Positions 1-10,366 of a stretch of 64,000 nucleotides of DNA are shown piece by piece (the first letter of the stretch is position 1; every line of letters starts with the position of its first letter). The notes beneath the pieces are model-generated. The model saw only the letters and a program-made list of their open reading frames with translations, ran no database searches and was not told the origin of the DNA. Source of the DNA: Alphaproteobacteria bacterium (GTDB taxonomy: Bacteria; Pseudomonadota; Alphaproteobacteria; JANSWW01); NCBI GenBank assembly GCA_024743275.1, contig JANSWW010000007.1, forward strand, positions 4,256 to 68,255, in the 5' to 3' direction. The translations under genes and the position numbers were made by a program.

Positions 1-367
1 GGCGGTCGTGCCTGGTCAGCAGGTCGTGACGACCCCACACGCCGCGTACACCGCCGGAGGAGACCTGGATGCCCTTCAGCATCAGCTCCTGCGCCACCCG
101 CAGCGGGCCGTGGCCGGGATGCTTCAGGGCGTGGTCGAGGACAGCCGTCTCGACCTCCTGGGTCACCCGGTTGGGATGCGGCCCCTTGGCGCCGGGCAGC
201 CGGTCGATCAGGCCTTCCGAGCCATAGGTTTGGAAGTTGCGCCGGATCTCGTAGAACTGCTGGCGCGAGTAGCCCATGATCCTGCAGGCCTTGGAGACGT
301 TGTTCATCTCGGTCGCAAGTTCGAGCAGGGAGAGCTTGCGTCGTGCTACCTTGTCCTTCGTGGTCAT
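1..367 (-). CDS. IS481-family transposase, N-terminal part (runs off the window start; not in the ORF track)
   Basis: Manual translation from ATG at 367: MTTKDKVARRKLSLLELATEMNNVSKACRIMGYSRQQFYEIRR...HPNRV...HPGHGPLRV. HTH start typical of IS481; AGGAGA SD upstream. Confidence 0.85.
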   Translation of the reverse strand, partial: MTTKDKVARRKLSLLELATEMNNVSKACRIMGYSRQQFYEIRRNFQTYGSEGLIDRLPGAKGPHPNRVTQEVETAVLDHALKHPGHGPLRVAQELMLKGIQVSSGGVRGVWGRHDLLTRHDR

Positions 368-506
368 GTCGTTTCTCCTGACTGGCTGGATTGTTTTTGG
401 CGAACAAATCCTAACCCCAATCAGGAGCGGCATGGCCACACCCGACCCGCCCTCGGGCGGCTCGGGTGTGGCGTAAACTGTCAGGTCAATACGGTCTCAG
501 CTCACA
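1..506 (-). mobile_element. IS481-family element, left end, inserted in IS3 orfA
   Basis: Minus-strand end TGTGAGCTGAGACCGTATTGACCTGACA at 506-479 (TGT terminus); strong hairpin 435-472; IS3 orfA reading resumes at 507. Confidence 0.75.
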
Positions 507-1059
507 CGGATGGATCAAGCAGGCCGGCTTGGATGACGGTCGGCGTGAGGACGGCCTGACCAGCGCCGAGCGGGAGGAACTGAAGCAGCTCCGCGAAGAG
601 AACCGCCAGCTCAAGGTTGAGCGTGACATCCTGTCAAAGGCCGCGGCCTGGTTTGCTCAGAACGACGTGACGTCTTCGAGGTCTTCGAATTCATGACCGT
701 GAACCAGGCCTTCTATCCGGTTGGGACCATGGCCCGGGTGCTGGGTGTTTCCAGGAGCGGTTTCTATGCCTGGCGCGTCAGATCGCCATCTGCCCGATCG
801 ATTGCCGATGGCGATCTGACGCGGCGGATCCGGCGAATTCATGACGCTTCCCGGCAGACTTATGGTGCGCCCCGCATCCACGCTGATCTCGCCGAAGCCG
901 GTGTCTGTGTCGGCCGCAAGCGGACCATAAGGCTCATGAAAGCCGCCGGTCTGGCCGGTGTCAGCCGGCGTCGATCCCCCAGCGCCACGATCTGGGATGA
1001 GCGGGTTCGGCCTGCCTGCGATCTGGTGGATCGGAACTTTAAGGCAGATAGGCCCAACC

Positions 1060-2377
1060 GGGACTATCCTGAATTTTGTGCTCTGACGTGGTACTTGCTC
1101 TGAGAGGAGACCCACGTATGAGCATCGATAAAGACCTGCTGGACCGCCTGATGGAGGGCCGCTCGCCCGGCGACCTGTTTGGCAAGACCGGCATCCTGGC
1201 GGACCTGACGAAGGCTCTGGCGGAACGCGCGCTGAGCGCGGAGATGGACGTCCATCTCGATGAAGAGCGTACGGAGCAGGCCCCCAAGGGCCAGAACCAG
1301 CCGGCCAACCGGCGTAACGGCAGCAGCGAAAAGACGGTGACGACGGACACCGGCAAGGTGGTTCTGGACATTCCCCGCGACCGGAACGGCACCTTCGATC
1401 CGATGCTGATCGAAAAATACCAGCGCCGCTTTCCCGAGTTCGACCGCAAGATCGTCAGCATGTATGCCCGAGGGATGACGACGCGAGAGATCCAGGGGCA
1501 CATCGAGGACATCTATGGTGTGGAAGCCTCTCCCAGCCTGATCTCGGCGATTACCGAGGCGGTGATGGAGGAGGTCACGGCCTGGCAGAACCGGCCTCTG
1601 GAACCCTGCTATCCAATCGTCTTCATGGATGCGATCCGGGTCAATATCCGGACCGACGGGGCGGTCGCGAACAAGGCGGTTTTCTTGGCCCTGGCGGTCC
1701 TTCCGGACGGCACGCGGGACGTCCTGGGGCTATGGTTCCAGGCCAATGAGGGGGCGAAGTTCTGGGCCAAGGTTCTCAGCGATCTGCGCAACCGGGGTGT
1801 CCAGGACATCCTGATCGCCGTCGTGGACGGGCTGAAGGGCTTTCCCCAGGCCATCGAGGCGGCATTCCCCCAGACCCGGATCCAGACCTGCATTGTCCAT
1901 CTGCTGCGCCATTCCATGAACTTCACCAGCTACAAGGACCGCAAGGCCGTCGCCGCTGCCCTCAAGGCGATCTACACGGCGGTGGATGCCGACGCGGCCG
2001 AGCTGGCCTTGGCAGAGTTCGAGGACAGCGATCTGGCCAAACGGTATCCGGCGATCGCGCCGAGCTGGCGCCGGGCGTGGAACGAGGTCATTCCGTTCCT
2101 CGACTACCCGCCCGAAGTTCGCAAGCTGATCTACACCACAAATGCCATTGAGGCCTTGAACTCGAAGATCCGCCGCGCCGTCCGCACCCGGGGGCACTTC
2201 CCCAGCGACGATGCGGCCGCCAAATTGATTTATCTGACGCTGAATGCTACCTCGTCAGAGTGGAAGCGCTCGGTCCGCGAATGGCACGCTGTCAGATCCC
2301 AGCTCGCCATCATGTTCGAAGACCGCTTCCCCTTGGCCTGACAAATGACGTCAGAGCACAAAATATCGGACAGTCTC
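1060..2377 (+). mobile_element. Intact IS256-family element
   Basis: Imperfect 30-bp terminal IRs (GGGACTATCCTGAATTTTGTGCTCTGACGT vs reverse complement GAGACTGTCCGATATTTTGTGCTCTGACGT); 8-bp target duplication GCCCAACC at 1052-1059 and 2378-2385. Confidence 0.95.
1118..2341 (+). CDS. IS256-family transposase
   Basis: IPRDRNGTF, YARGMTTREI, VDGLKGF, QTCIVH and YTTNAIEALN motifs; ATG at 1118 with GAGGAG SD. Confidence 0.95.
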   Translation: MSIDKDLLDRLMEGRSPGDLFGKTGILADLTKALAERALSAEMDVHLDEERTEQAPKGQNQPANRRNGSSEKTVTTDTGKVVLDIPRDRNGTFDPMLIEKYQRRFPEFDRKIVSMYARGMTTREIQGHIEDIYGVEASPSLISAITEAVMEEVTAWQNRPLEPCYPIVFMDAIRVNIRTDGAVANKAVFLALAVLPDGTRDVLGLWFQANEGAKFWAKVLSDLRNRGVQDILIAVVDGLKGFPQAIEAAFPQTRIQTCIVHLLRHSMNFTSYKDRKAVAAALKAIYTAVDADAAELALAEFEDSDLAKRYPAIAPSWRRAWNEVIPFLDYPPEVRKLIYTTNAIEALNSKIRRAVRTRGHFPSDDAAAKLIYLTLNATSSEWKRSVREWHAVRSQLAIMFEDRFPLA

Positions 2378-2908
2378 GCCCAACCAGCTATGGGTCGCAG
2401 ACATTACCTATGTCCCCAGCTGGGCCGGCTTCCTCTATCTGGCAGTCGTGCTCGATACCTACAGCCGCCGCGTCGTTGGTTGGTCCATGAGCTACAACCT
2501 CAAGGCCCAACTGGTCATCGACGCCATGAACATGGCCGTGGCACAGCGACGGCCGATCGACGTCATCCACCATTCTGACCAAGGCTCCCAATACACGTCC
2601 ATTGCATTCGGCCTGCGTTGCAAAGAGGCCAATGTCCGGCCTTCGATGGGATCGGTCGGGGATGCCTATGACAACGCCATGTGTGAGAGCTTCTTCGCGA
2701 CGCTCGAATGCGAATTGCTCGACCGGCGCAAGTTCAAAACCAAGGCCGAGGCCCGCATGGCCGTCTTTACGTTCATCGAAGGCTGGTACAACCCGGCCCG
2801 GCGACATTCCGCGTTGGGATACAAATCCCCCATCACCTTTGAAAGGAAACACTGTCAGATGCTAGAGGCCCAAAGCCATTAACCGTCCACAAAACCGGGG
2901 GAACTCCA

Positions 2909-3081
2909 ACTCCAGACAGTGACGCAAGCTACGATCAGAGCGTGGCGGCGTAAATCACACCGAATGGCCTCCGGCAATCCCGGGGCGGTTCAACCACCTG
3001 CACCAGAATCCATCGTCACGATGGACCAGAGACCACCCATGCACTAACATTCAATCTGGACCAGTCAGATGAAGCTGCTCA
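2909..3081. mobile_element. Stack of IS3-family terminal remnants
   Basis: GACAGTGACGCAAGCTACGATC (2915-2936), GCCTCCGGCAATCCCGGGGCGGTTCA (ends 2992), and an orfB tail PAPESIVTMDQRPPMH* followed by a ...CA end at 3081. Confidence 0.6.
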
Positions 3082-3132
3082 TTAGTCCGACAAACATTCA
3101 TCTGAAACTTATGAGCTCTAAGATCTACCGCT

Positions 3133-3540
3133 GTGGATATATTTTCTGAATCTGAACGATCAAAAAACATGGGGCGAATCGGTCCCAAGGATACCAAGCC
3201 GGAACTTCGCGTGCGCAAGCTCGCCCATCATCTGGGTTATCGTTTCAGACTGCACCGCAAAGATCTGCCCGGAACGCCAGACCTGATATTCCCCCGGTAC
3301 GGGGCTGCAGTATTCGTTCACGGATGCTTCTGGCACCGTCACCAAGGGTGCAAGTATGCAACGACACCGGCAACCCGGCGGGCCTTTTGGGAGACCAAGT
3401 TCAAGCGAAACGTCGCCCGGGATCGCTGGGCGATCGAAACATTGGAAGAGATGGGATGGAAAGTTCTCGTGATCTGGGAGTGCGAGACGCGCGACATCTC
3501 GAAGATGGAAGAGCGCCTTCAGGGGTTTCTCAAGCCGTGA
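3133..3540 (+). CDS. vsr: Very short patch repair endonuclease
   Basis: ERSKNMGRI..KDTKPE, LPGTPD, FVHGCFWH and GWKVLVIWEC motifs; directly upstream of a C5 methylase. Confidence 0.95.
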   Translation: MDIFSESERSKNMGRIGPKDTKPELRVRKLAHHLGYRFRLHRKDLPGTPDLIFPRYGAAVFVHGCFWHRHQGCKYATTPATRRAFWETKFKRNVARDRWAIETLEEMGWKVLVIWECETRDISKMEERLQGFLKP

Positions 3541-5015
3541 CCCATACGCTCCCGCGCACTTCCGCCGATGACGACCCGCGACCGGGGAAACGGCAGCGCA
3601 TCAAGCAAGGCGGACGGCCACGCGTGCTCGATCTCTTTTCCGGATGCGGTGGATTCTCGCTTGGCTTTCACCGAGTGGGCTTCGACATCACGTCGGGCAT
3701 CGACATCGACGCCGAGGCCGCTGCTTCCCACGCGCTTAATTTTTATCCCAAAGACGCTCACGCTGTCGCAAGGGACATCGTTTCGCTCGAGCCCGAGGAA
3801 GTGACCCGGGAATTCGGCTATGGTCGGGCAGACGAAGCGGTGGACGTCCTGATCGGCGGACCGCCCTGCCAATCCTATGCCCGTGTCGGACGCGCAAAGC
3901 TCCGCGAAACTGCCGCTCACCCGGAGGCCTACAGGATTGATCCAAGAGGCAATCTCTATCTGCGCTACCTGCATTTCGTCGAGGCGCTCAAGCCGCTCGT
4001 GATCGTCATGGAGAATGTACCGGACGCTCTAAATTACGGCGGCCACAACATCGCGGAGGAAACCGCGGAGGCGCTTGAGGACCTCGGCTACGAGTGCAGC
4101 TACACGCTGCTGAACGCCGTGTTCTATGGCGTACCACAGATGCGGGAACGCATGTTTCTCATCGCCTGCCATCGTTCACTTGTAAAGGCCCCAAGCTTTC
4201 CCGCGCCGACGCACCACTTCGATCTGCCCAGTGGCTACCTCAGTTCAAGAAGTGTCGCGACCAAGCTGCTTTCCGGGGACCTCCTGACCGAGCGCCCCTT
4301 CAGATTTACGGAGCCCCCGAGGTCGGATCCGAGACATTGCCAGAAGGCCGTGTCCGTCGGTGAGGCGCTTGGCGACCTGCCGCCGCTGAGGGAGCATCTT
4401 GAAGGGAAGATCAAACGTGGCATGCGCGACCTGTCCACAAGCCTACCCTATCGCAGGGTACGCCCTTCGCGATTTGCGCAGGAGATGCGGAACTGGACCG
4501 GATTCGAGAGCAAGAAGGGCGTGACGGGCCATGTGATCCGACACCTTCCGCGCGACTACCGGATTTTCCGTAAGATGCAGCCAGGCGACCAGTACCCAGA
4601 AGCGCATGCGCTTGCGGAGAGGCTCTTCGAAGAGCACCTCAAGCGCCTGAGCGTTAAGGGTGAACAGATCGAAGACGCCTCTCAACGCTATTTCGAAGAG
4701 AGGGCCAAGTTCGTTCCGCCGTATGATCCGGGAAAATTTCCGAACAAATGGCGAAAGCTGGCAGAGGGCGAACCGTCCCGAACCCTGATGGCGCATCTCG
4801 GCAAGGATTCATACTCTCACATTCATTATGATCATGATCAGGCCCGCACGATCTCCGTACGCGAGGCCGCTCGGTTGCAGTCTTTTCCCGACGGTTTCAT
4901 CTTCTCCGGTGCGATGAACGCCGCTTTCCGACAAATCGGGAATGCGGTCCCGCCTCTGATGGCCTACCAGATCGCCATGCATGTTGCGCGAGAAATTCTG
5001 GACTTGACGAGCTGA
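3537..5015 (+). CDS. DNA (cytosine-5)-methyltransferase
   Basis: DLFSGCGG (I), GGPPCQ (IV), ENV (VI), PQMRER (VIII), RLQSF and GNAVPP (IX/X). Probable GTG start overlaps the vsr stop (GTGA). Confidence 0.95.
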   Translation: MTHTLPRTSADDDPRPGKRQRIKQGGRPRVLDLFSGCGGFSLGFHRVGFDITSGIDIDAEAAASHALNFYPKDAHAVARDIVSLEPEEVTREFGYGRADEAVDVLIGGPPCQSYARVGRAKLRETAAHPEAYRIDPRGNLYLRYLHFVEALKPLVIVMENVPDALNYGGHNIAEETAEALEDLGYECSYTLLNAVFYGVPQMRERMFLIACHRSLVKAPSFPAPTHHFDLPSGYLSSRSVATKLLSGDLLTERPFRFTEPPRSDPRHCQKAVSVGEALGDLPPLREHLEGKIKRGMRDLSTSLPYRRVRPSRFAQEMRNWTGFESKKGVTGHVIRHLPRDYRIFRKMQPGDQYPEAHALAERLFEEHLKRLSVKGEQIEDASQRYFEERAKFVPPYDPGKFPNKWRKLAEGEPSRTLMAHLGKDSYSHIHYDHDQARTISVREAARLQSFPDGFIFSGAMNAAFRQIGNAVPPLMAYQIAMHVAREILDLTS

Positions 5016-5080
5016 ACGCGAATAGTTTTTTCTTCATTACTGACACTCACAGGTAGGCGCAGCGTTGCAGCGCATGCGAA

Positions 5081-6613
5081 ATGCTAGCAGCGTATCGCGG
5101 GAGTGCAGTTCCTAGGGGCAGGGCGGAATTGGTTCACGGCATTTCAGAAGACAGCTCGTCGGAAGGGGTCGAACTCCCACCGCGGGCCACATCGCTGATG
5201 ATGTCGATGCGGGCGCTCGGATATAGCGTCGAGGCGTCGATAGCAGACTTGGCCGACAACAGCATCGCGGCGGAAGCCGAGACTATAGGGATCGAATTCG
5301 CTGCCACGCCTGAACCCTACTTGGCCGTCATAGATGACGGTTTCGGAATGGATCGCCAGACCCTGATCGAGGCAATGCGCTTTGGAAGCGCCGATCCGAG
5401 AATGGAGCGCCATGGGAATGATCTTGGTCGCTTCGGCCTTGGCCTGAAGACGGCCTCGCTCGCGCAGTGTCGCAAGGTCACGGTCCTGACAATGCATGAA
5501 GGAGAGCTGAACGCAGCCGAGTGGGATTTGGATGAATGTGAGAGGCGAGGGACCTGGTGGCTGAGTTGTCCTGATCCGGACCTTGCGGCGCCCGAGTATG
5601 CGGCGCGTCTCCGAAAAGAGGGCAAGGGAACAGTGGTTCTCTGGCGGGAGCTTGACCGCCTGATTCCAGAGATGACCGTGAGATCGGAGACTGCATTGGA
5701 CGACGCCTTGTCGGGCGTGCCGGACCACCTCGGCTTCACGTTCCACCGATTTACGGACAGCCGGGGGCCAAAGCCGCTCCGCATAGCGGTCAACAATCGG
5801 GATGTCCCGCAATTCGATCCGTTCCTCCAGGGTCACCCGCGCGGACAGAAGCTCCATGCGGAGTCATTTACGATCGACGGGCAAAAGGTGGAGGTGACGC
5901 CCTTCGTTCTGCCGTTCCCTTCCCGGCTCACGGGCGCAGAATTACAGAGGGCTGGCGGTCGCGAGAGCGTCAAGGGCGGCCACGGTTTCTACATCTATCG
6001 CGGAAACAGGCTAGTGGTGCCTGGGGGTTGGTTCCGGATCGTACCTTCGGACGAGCTTGTTCGGCTCGCTCGGGTGAAGGTCGACGTGCCAACCCAGCTC
6101 GATCACCTTTGGAAGGTCGACATCCGCAAGACCGTTCTGGAGCCGCCGAAGGAACTTCGAAGGAACCTGCGACGCATTGTCGGCGATGCATCCAAGCGAA
6201 GTCGGCGGGTATATCAGTTTCGCGGGAACAGGCAGCAGGGGGAATGCCACCGGCCGGTCTGGGCCAGATACACAGGTCGTGACAGCGCGGCTCAATGGCG
6301 TGTCGATCGCGAGCACCCTGTGGTGAAAGCCCTTGCATCCGAGAACGCGAACACGGTCGAGCAGCTGCTTCGCTTGATCGAAAACAGCCTTCCGGTCCAC
6401 GACATCCATGTGCATCTCGCAAACGATGTACCTGTGGCCGATGAATCCACCTTCAAGGAGCAGGAGTTGGAGGCGCTTGCACAGCGGCTTGTCGACTCAA
6501 TGGGCGAGGATCACGAGGCCAGACGCGCCCTCGTCGCTGGCCTGCCGGACATCGAGCCGTTCAGCAGGGATGTTGAGATGGCTGAAAGAATTGCGGCGAG
6601 GCTGGAGCCATGA
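5081..6613 (+). CDS. GHKL ATPase (MORC/MutL-like, HATPase_c_3)
   Basis: ADLADNSIAA, DDGFGM and GRFGLGLKTA GHKL boxes; exact start uncertain. Confidence 0.88.
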   Translation: MLAAYRGSAVPRGRAELVHGISEDSSSEGVELPPRATSLMMSMRALGYSVEASIADLADNSIAAEAETIGIEFAATPEPYLAVIDDGFGMDRQTLIEAMRFGSADPRMERHGNDLGRFGLGLKTASLAQCRKVTVLTMHEGELNAAEWDLDECERRGTWWLSCPDPDLAAPEYAARLRKEGKGTVVLWRELDRLIPEMTVRSETALDDALSGVPDHLGFTFHRFTDSRGPKPLRIAVNNRDVPQFDPFLQGHPRGQKLHAESFTIDGQKVEVTPFVLPFPSRLTGAELQRAGGRESVKGGHGFYIYRGNRLVVPGGWFRIVPSDELVRLARVKVDVPTQLDHLWKVDIRKTVLEPPKELRRNLRRIVGDASKRSRRVYQFRGNRQQGECHRPVWARYTGRDSAAQWRVDREHPVVKALASENANTVEQLLRLIENSLPVHDIHVHLANDVPVADESTFKEQELEALAQRLVDSMGEDHEARRALVAGLPDIEPFSRDVEMAERIAARLEP

Positions 6614-9444
6614 ATGAAATGAACAATGTCGAAAGCATCATCTCGACGGCTCAGGCGGGTCTGCGACTGGACCCTCCCCCCACCGAGGCGGAAATCGCCG
6701 AGTTTCTCGGCCGTTTGAAGGTCGCATTCAACATTGATGAACAGATCATCGAGAACGCTAGGATAGCTCTGCATGCCCGTTTCAATCATCGCATGGAGCT
6801 TGGGCAGACCATCCGGGACGACGACAGCCATGAACCATGGCTGTCCGCCCGCAAGGCGGAGATCGAACCCTTCTATTGGGAGCGCTACAGGAAGTTCCTG
6901 CTGCGCGGCGGTTGGGGTCCACACGTCGTCTCCACGCTGGATCAATCGCTCGACGAGATCCTAGATCTCCTAGGGGACCCTTCACAATCGGCCCCATGGA
7001 AGCGACGGGGACTGGTCGTCGGCGACGTCCAGTCGGGCAAGACCGCGACCTATGCGGGACTCATCAACAAGGCTTCCGACGCAGGGTACAGGATGATCAT
7101 TCTGCTCACCGGAACCTTGGAGAACGTGAGGAAGCAGACGCAGGAACGCCTGGACGCTGCTTTCGTAGGCTTTGACAGCCGCGACTACCTCTCCACCAGC
7201 CAGTTGCAGAGAAAAAAGCACGTCGGGGTCGGCCTGATCGACGGACGCCGGGACGGCGTCGTGTTCACGTCGCGCGACAAGGACTTTCGACGCGACACGG
7301 CCACCGCACTAAACATCTCGCTCGACTCGGTTCGGGACCCCGTTCTCGTCGTTGGCAAGAAGAACAAGGCGATCCTCGAACGAGTCGCAGCGTGGCTCCG
7401 AGCGAGGAACGCCGATCGAGATGGCAAGATCGATCTGCCGCTGCTGTTGATCGATGACGAGGCCGACAACGCCTCAATCAACACGAGGTCCAATCCTGAA
7501 GAGACCACGGCGATCAATCGGGCGATTCGGGACCTCTGCTCGCTCTTCAAGAGATCCAGCTATGTGGGGTTCACCGCCACTCCGTTCGCCAACATCTTTA
7601 TCGATCCGGACAGCACGGATAAGTGGCTGGAAGACGACCTGTTTCCCAAGGATTTCATCCACCTTCTAGAGGCGCCCAACAACTACATCGGCATGAACCG
7701 GATCTTTCCGGCGCGCGACGCCGACGACGGATCCCTGGACACGGCTGATGACGACGATCCTGACATGCTTGTCCAGATCGACGATGAGCTCGACTGGCTC
7801 CCCTCGGATCACAAGTCTCACGCCATGCCCGGCCCTCTGCCCAAATCTCTCAAGGAGGCGATGGATTGGTTTCTCCTGACCTGCGCGATCCGCGACCTCC
7901 GAGCCCAGAGCGACGCACCGGGAAAAGGCGGCGGACTGCATCGATCAATGCTCGTCAACGTATCCCGTTTCACGCGCATCCAGGATGAGGTGGCTGGAGA
8001 CCTTCAGCAGGAACTAGAGAGAATGCAGCGCTCTATCCGCTTCCATGGTGCGAAAGAGCCGTCGAAAGCTGCCGCCGAGTCCACCGACATTGCTCGTCTC
8101 GAGGAGGCGTTCCGAAAGTTCGGCGAAACGTGCGAGTTCGCGTGGGGCGATGTCCTGGCGAACCTGCACCAGGCGATCGCACCGGTTCGCGTGCAACCCA
8201 TCAACCAGCGGACCGGCTCCGCCGCTCTAGACTATGGTGCGGTCAAGACCGAGCCCGGCGTTCGGGTTATCGCTGTCGGAGGCAACAGTTTGTCTCGCGG
8301 CATCACGCTCGAAGGGCTTTGCGTCAGCTACTTCCTTCGGAACTCGAAGGCCTACGACACGCTGCTGCAAATGGGTCGTTGGTTCGGGTACAGGGATGGT
8401 TACGGCGACCTTTGCCGGATTTGGCTGAACCCAGAGGCAGAGGGTTGGTATCGGCACATCACATTGGCAACGTCGGAACTCAAGCGAGACTTTCGCCGAA
8501 TGCGCATTCAACGAGCTACTCCCCGAGAGTTCGGCCTCCGGGTGCGAACACATCCGGACACTCTGATCATCACGGCCCGCAACAAGATGGCGACCGGGAT
8601 GGATGTGGTGTCAGAGGTTCAGGAGGTCTCACTCACTGGGCGTGGCATCGAAACAGCTCGCGTACACAAGCGAAGCGACTACTCCGATGAAAACCGCAGA
8701 CTGGTGGAACGGTTTCTGTTGGATCTCTCCTCGTCAGCTGAACCTGAGCTGGTTCGCAAGGACGGGGCGTACCTGTGGAGCGGCGTTGACTCCGCGACAA
8801 TCGCCGACTTCGTGGAGCCTTTCCTGGTCCATCCTCTGAACCATGACTTCCAGGGCGACAGCATCGCCGAGCATCTGCGGGAAGCGGCGAGCGATCCTGA
8901 GCACCCATGGCGAACCTGGAATGTCGCGCTGCCGAGAAAGGGCGAGAAGCGGGGTGAGCCTTGGATCATGGAAGGTTCGGTGAGACTGGAGGCGGACCCG
9001 AAGCTCCGCCGTGTGGTCATCAAGAATGAGACGACGCCGCCCTCCCTGCTTTTGTCAGGAAGCAGCGCACGCGTCGGCAGCCGGACCGAGGTCCTCTACG
9101 GAATGAGCCCTGAGGAAGAGGGCGAAGCGTTACGGAGGGCCCAGGAGGAGGCGCCCTCTGCAAGGGCGATTCCCGAGGACGTGGCGCGTTCTGTGATGCA
9201 GCGCCCGCTCCTCGCGATCTACTTGGTCCGAGGCTATGTGAAGCATCCGAACAGCGACGAGAAGCCGCTATTCGAGGATGGCCGGATCATCCCAGCTCTC
9301 GGGCTGCACTTTCCTGGAGAAAAGGATCCGAACGCCAAGAAGCGGCTTGTCAAATACCGCCTCAACCGGATCGCACAGGCCGAGCTAGACATGGGCCTGG
9401 ACCTCGCCGACGATCGTCCGATCGACGAAGACTACGATGCTTGA
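6610..9444 (+). CDS. Z1-domain SF2 helicase-like protein
   Basis: GDVQSGKT Walker A, IDDEADNAS, GFTATPFAN, SMLVNVS, LSRGITLEGL and DTLLQMGRWFGYR; ATGA overlap with the ATPase. Confidence 0.92.
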   Translation: MNEMNNVESIISTAQAGLRLDPPPTEAEIAEFLGRLKVAFNIDEQIIENARIALHARFNHRMELGQTIRDDDSHEPWLSARKAEIEPFYWERYRKFLLRGGWGPHVVSTLDQSLDEILDLLGDPSQSAPWKRRGLVVGDVQSGKTATYAGLINKASDAGYRMIILLTGTLENVRKQTQERLDAAFVGFDSRDYLSTSQLQRKKHVGVGLIDGRRDGVVFTSRDKDFRRDTATALNISLDSVRDPVLVVGKKNKAILERVAAWLRARNADRDGKIDLPLLLIDDEADNASINTRSNPEETTAINRAIRDLCSLFKRSSYVGFTATPFANIFIDPDSTDKWLEDDLFPKDFIHLLEAPNNYIGMNRIFPARDADDGSLDTADDDDPDMLVQIDDELDWLPSDHKSHAMPGPLPKSLKEAMDWFLLTCAIRDLRAQSDAPGKGGGLHRSMLVNVSRFTRIQDEVAGDLQQELERMQRSIRFHGAKEPSKAAAESTDIARLEEAFRKFGETCEFAWGDVLANLHQAIAPVRVQPINQRTGSAALDYGAVKTEPGVRVIAVGGNSLSRGITLEGLCVSYFLRNSKAYDTLLQMGRWFGYRDGYGDLCRIWLNPEAEGWYRHITLATSELKRDFRRMRIQRATPREFGLRVRTHPDTLIITARNKMATGMDVVSEVQEVSLTGRGIETARVHKRSDYSDENRRLVERFLLDLSSSAEPELVRKDGAYLWSGVDSATIADFVEPFLVHPLNHDFQGDSIAEHLREAASDPEHPWRTWNVALPRKGEKRGEPWIMEGSVRLEADPKLRRVVIKNETTPPSLLLSGSSARVGSRTEVLYGMSPEEEGEALRRAQEEAPSARAIPEDVARSVMQRPLLAIYLVRGYVKHPNSDEKPLFEDGRIIPALGLHFPGEKDPNAKKRLVKYRLNRIAQAELDMGLDLADDRPIDEDYDA

Positions 9445-10366
9445 GCAGCTCTGGGAGGATCTCAAGAGAGCCGGTGGAGGAGTGCAGCGGCGAATAGACG
9501 AAACGCACCCCCTCGATCTTTATGCCGACTACGATCTTCCGCAGAAGCCTGGTCTTGTGTTGTTCACGCCCCGGCGACCGCCGGATTACACCTCGATTCA
9601 GTCCATCCGAATGGAGACGAGGCAAAGGGACGACGGAAAGTGGTCGCTCCGCATGATGCTGGAGACGCCAACCCTCGAACCGGTCTTTGCAGAACTGTGT
9701 CGCGATATCGTCGAGTACACGAGGGAGAATGTGGAACCGGCTGCTGGACCTTCGGCATTCCTGACCAGAGTCGACAGATGGCGTCGGCTCCTGGAAAGAG
9801 GTGCTGCAGAGTTCGGCGTCGAAGCGGTGCGCGGCCTGATCGGCGAACTTCTTTTTATGAAGCACATCGCCTTTCGCGACCTTTCAAAAGGGGCGGCCCT
9901 GACTGCCTGGACCGGTCCGATAGGGGCGCCGCATGACTTCCTTTTTCCCGACGGCAGAAGGTTTGAGATCAAGACCGTAGGCGTTGCGGCAGATACCGCG
10001 CGGATCAACGGCCTCGCGCAGCTCGATGGCTTCGGCGGGACCTTGTCGCTCGTTGTCATTCGGATGGCGAAGACCGGAGCGGACAATCCATACGGTGTAG
10101 GCGTGAGCCGACTGGCGCGCGAGATCCACTCGGAGCTGGAGGAAGATCCGGGGCTTCAGGCGGAATTCCAGAGACTGCTGCGGCTGACCGGCTGGAGGGA
10201 GGGTGCCGAGCGTGAGCCCTATGCGGCGACCATCATGCAGATGGAGTTTCACGTAGTAGCCGACGCATTCCCCGCTCTCACGCGCGAATCCGTTCCAGAC
10301 GGCGTCGTCGAGGCCGATTATGAGATCAGATTGCCGCAACCTACCGAAACCGAGGTTCTCAACTGA
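9437..10366 (+). CDS. PD-(D/E)XK nuclease-like protein (DUF4420 type)
   Basis: RGLIGELLF, WTGP...HDF...FEIKT and INGLAQLD; lies between Z1 and AIPR. Confidence 0.85.
   Translation: MLEQLWEDLKRAGGGVQRRIDETHPLDLYADYDLPQKPGLVLFTPRRPPDYTSIQSIRMETRQRDDGKWSLRMMLETPTLEPVFAELCRDIVEYTRENVEPAAGPSAFLTRVDRWRRLLERGAAEFGVEAVRGLIGELLFMKHIAFRDLSKGAALTAWTGPIGAPHDFLFPDGRRFEIKTVGVAADTARINGLAQLDGFGGTLSLVVIRMAKTGADNPYGVGVSRLAREIHSELEEDPGLQAEFQRLLRLTGWREGAEREPYAATIMQMEFHVVADAFPALTRESVPDGVVEADYEIRLPQPTETEVLN

Larger units (their letters stand above)
693..2882 (+). pseudogene. IS3 orfB (DDE transposase) split by IS256
   Basis: Removing 1060-2385 rejoins NFKADRPN to QLWVADITY in frame. Confidence 0.88.
507..2908 (+). 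mobile_element. IS3-family element disrupted by IS481 (orfA) and IS256 (orfB)
   Basis: orfA tail EREELKQLREENRQLKVERDILSKAAAWF (to 696); orfB 693-1059 and 2386-2882 with WVADITY, HHSDQGSQYTS and DNAMCESFF DDE motifs; right end ...CCGGGGGAACTCCA at 2908. Confidence 0.9.

Noticed and set aside
8..559. 183-aa plus-strand ORF
   Set aside because: Antisense to the IS481 transposase.
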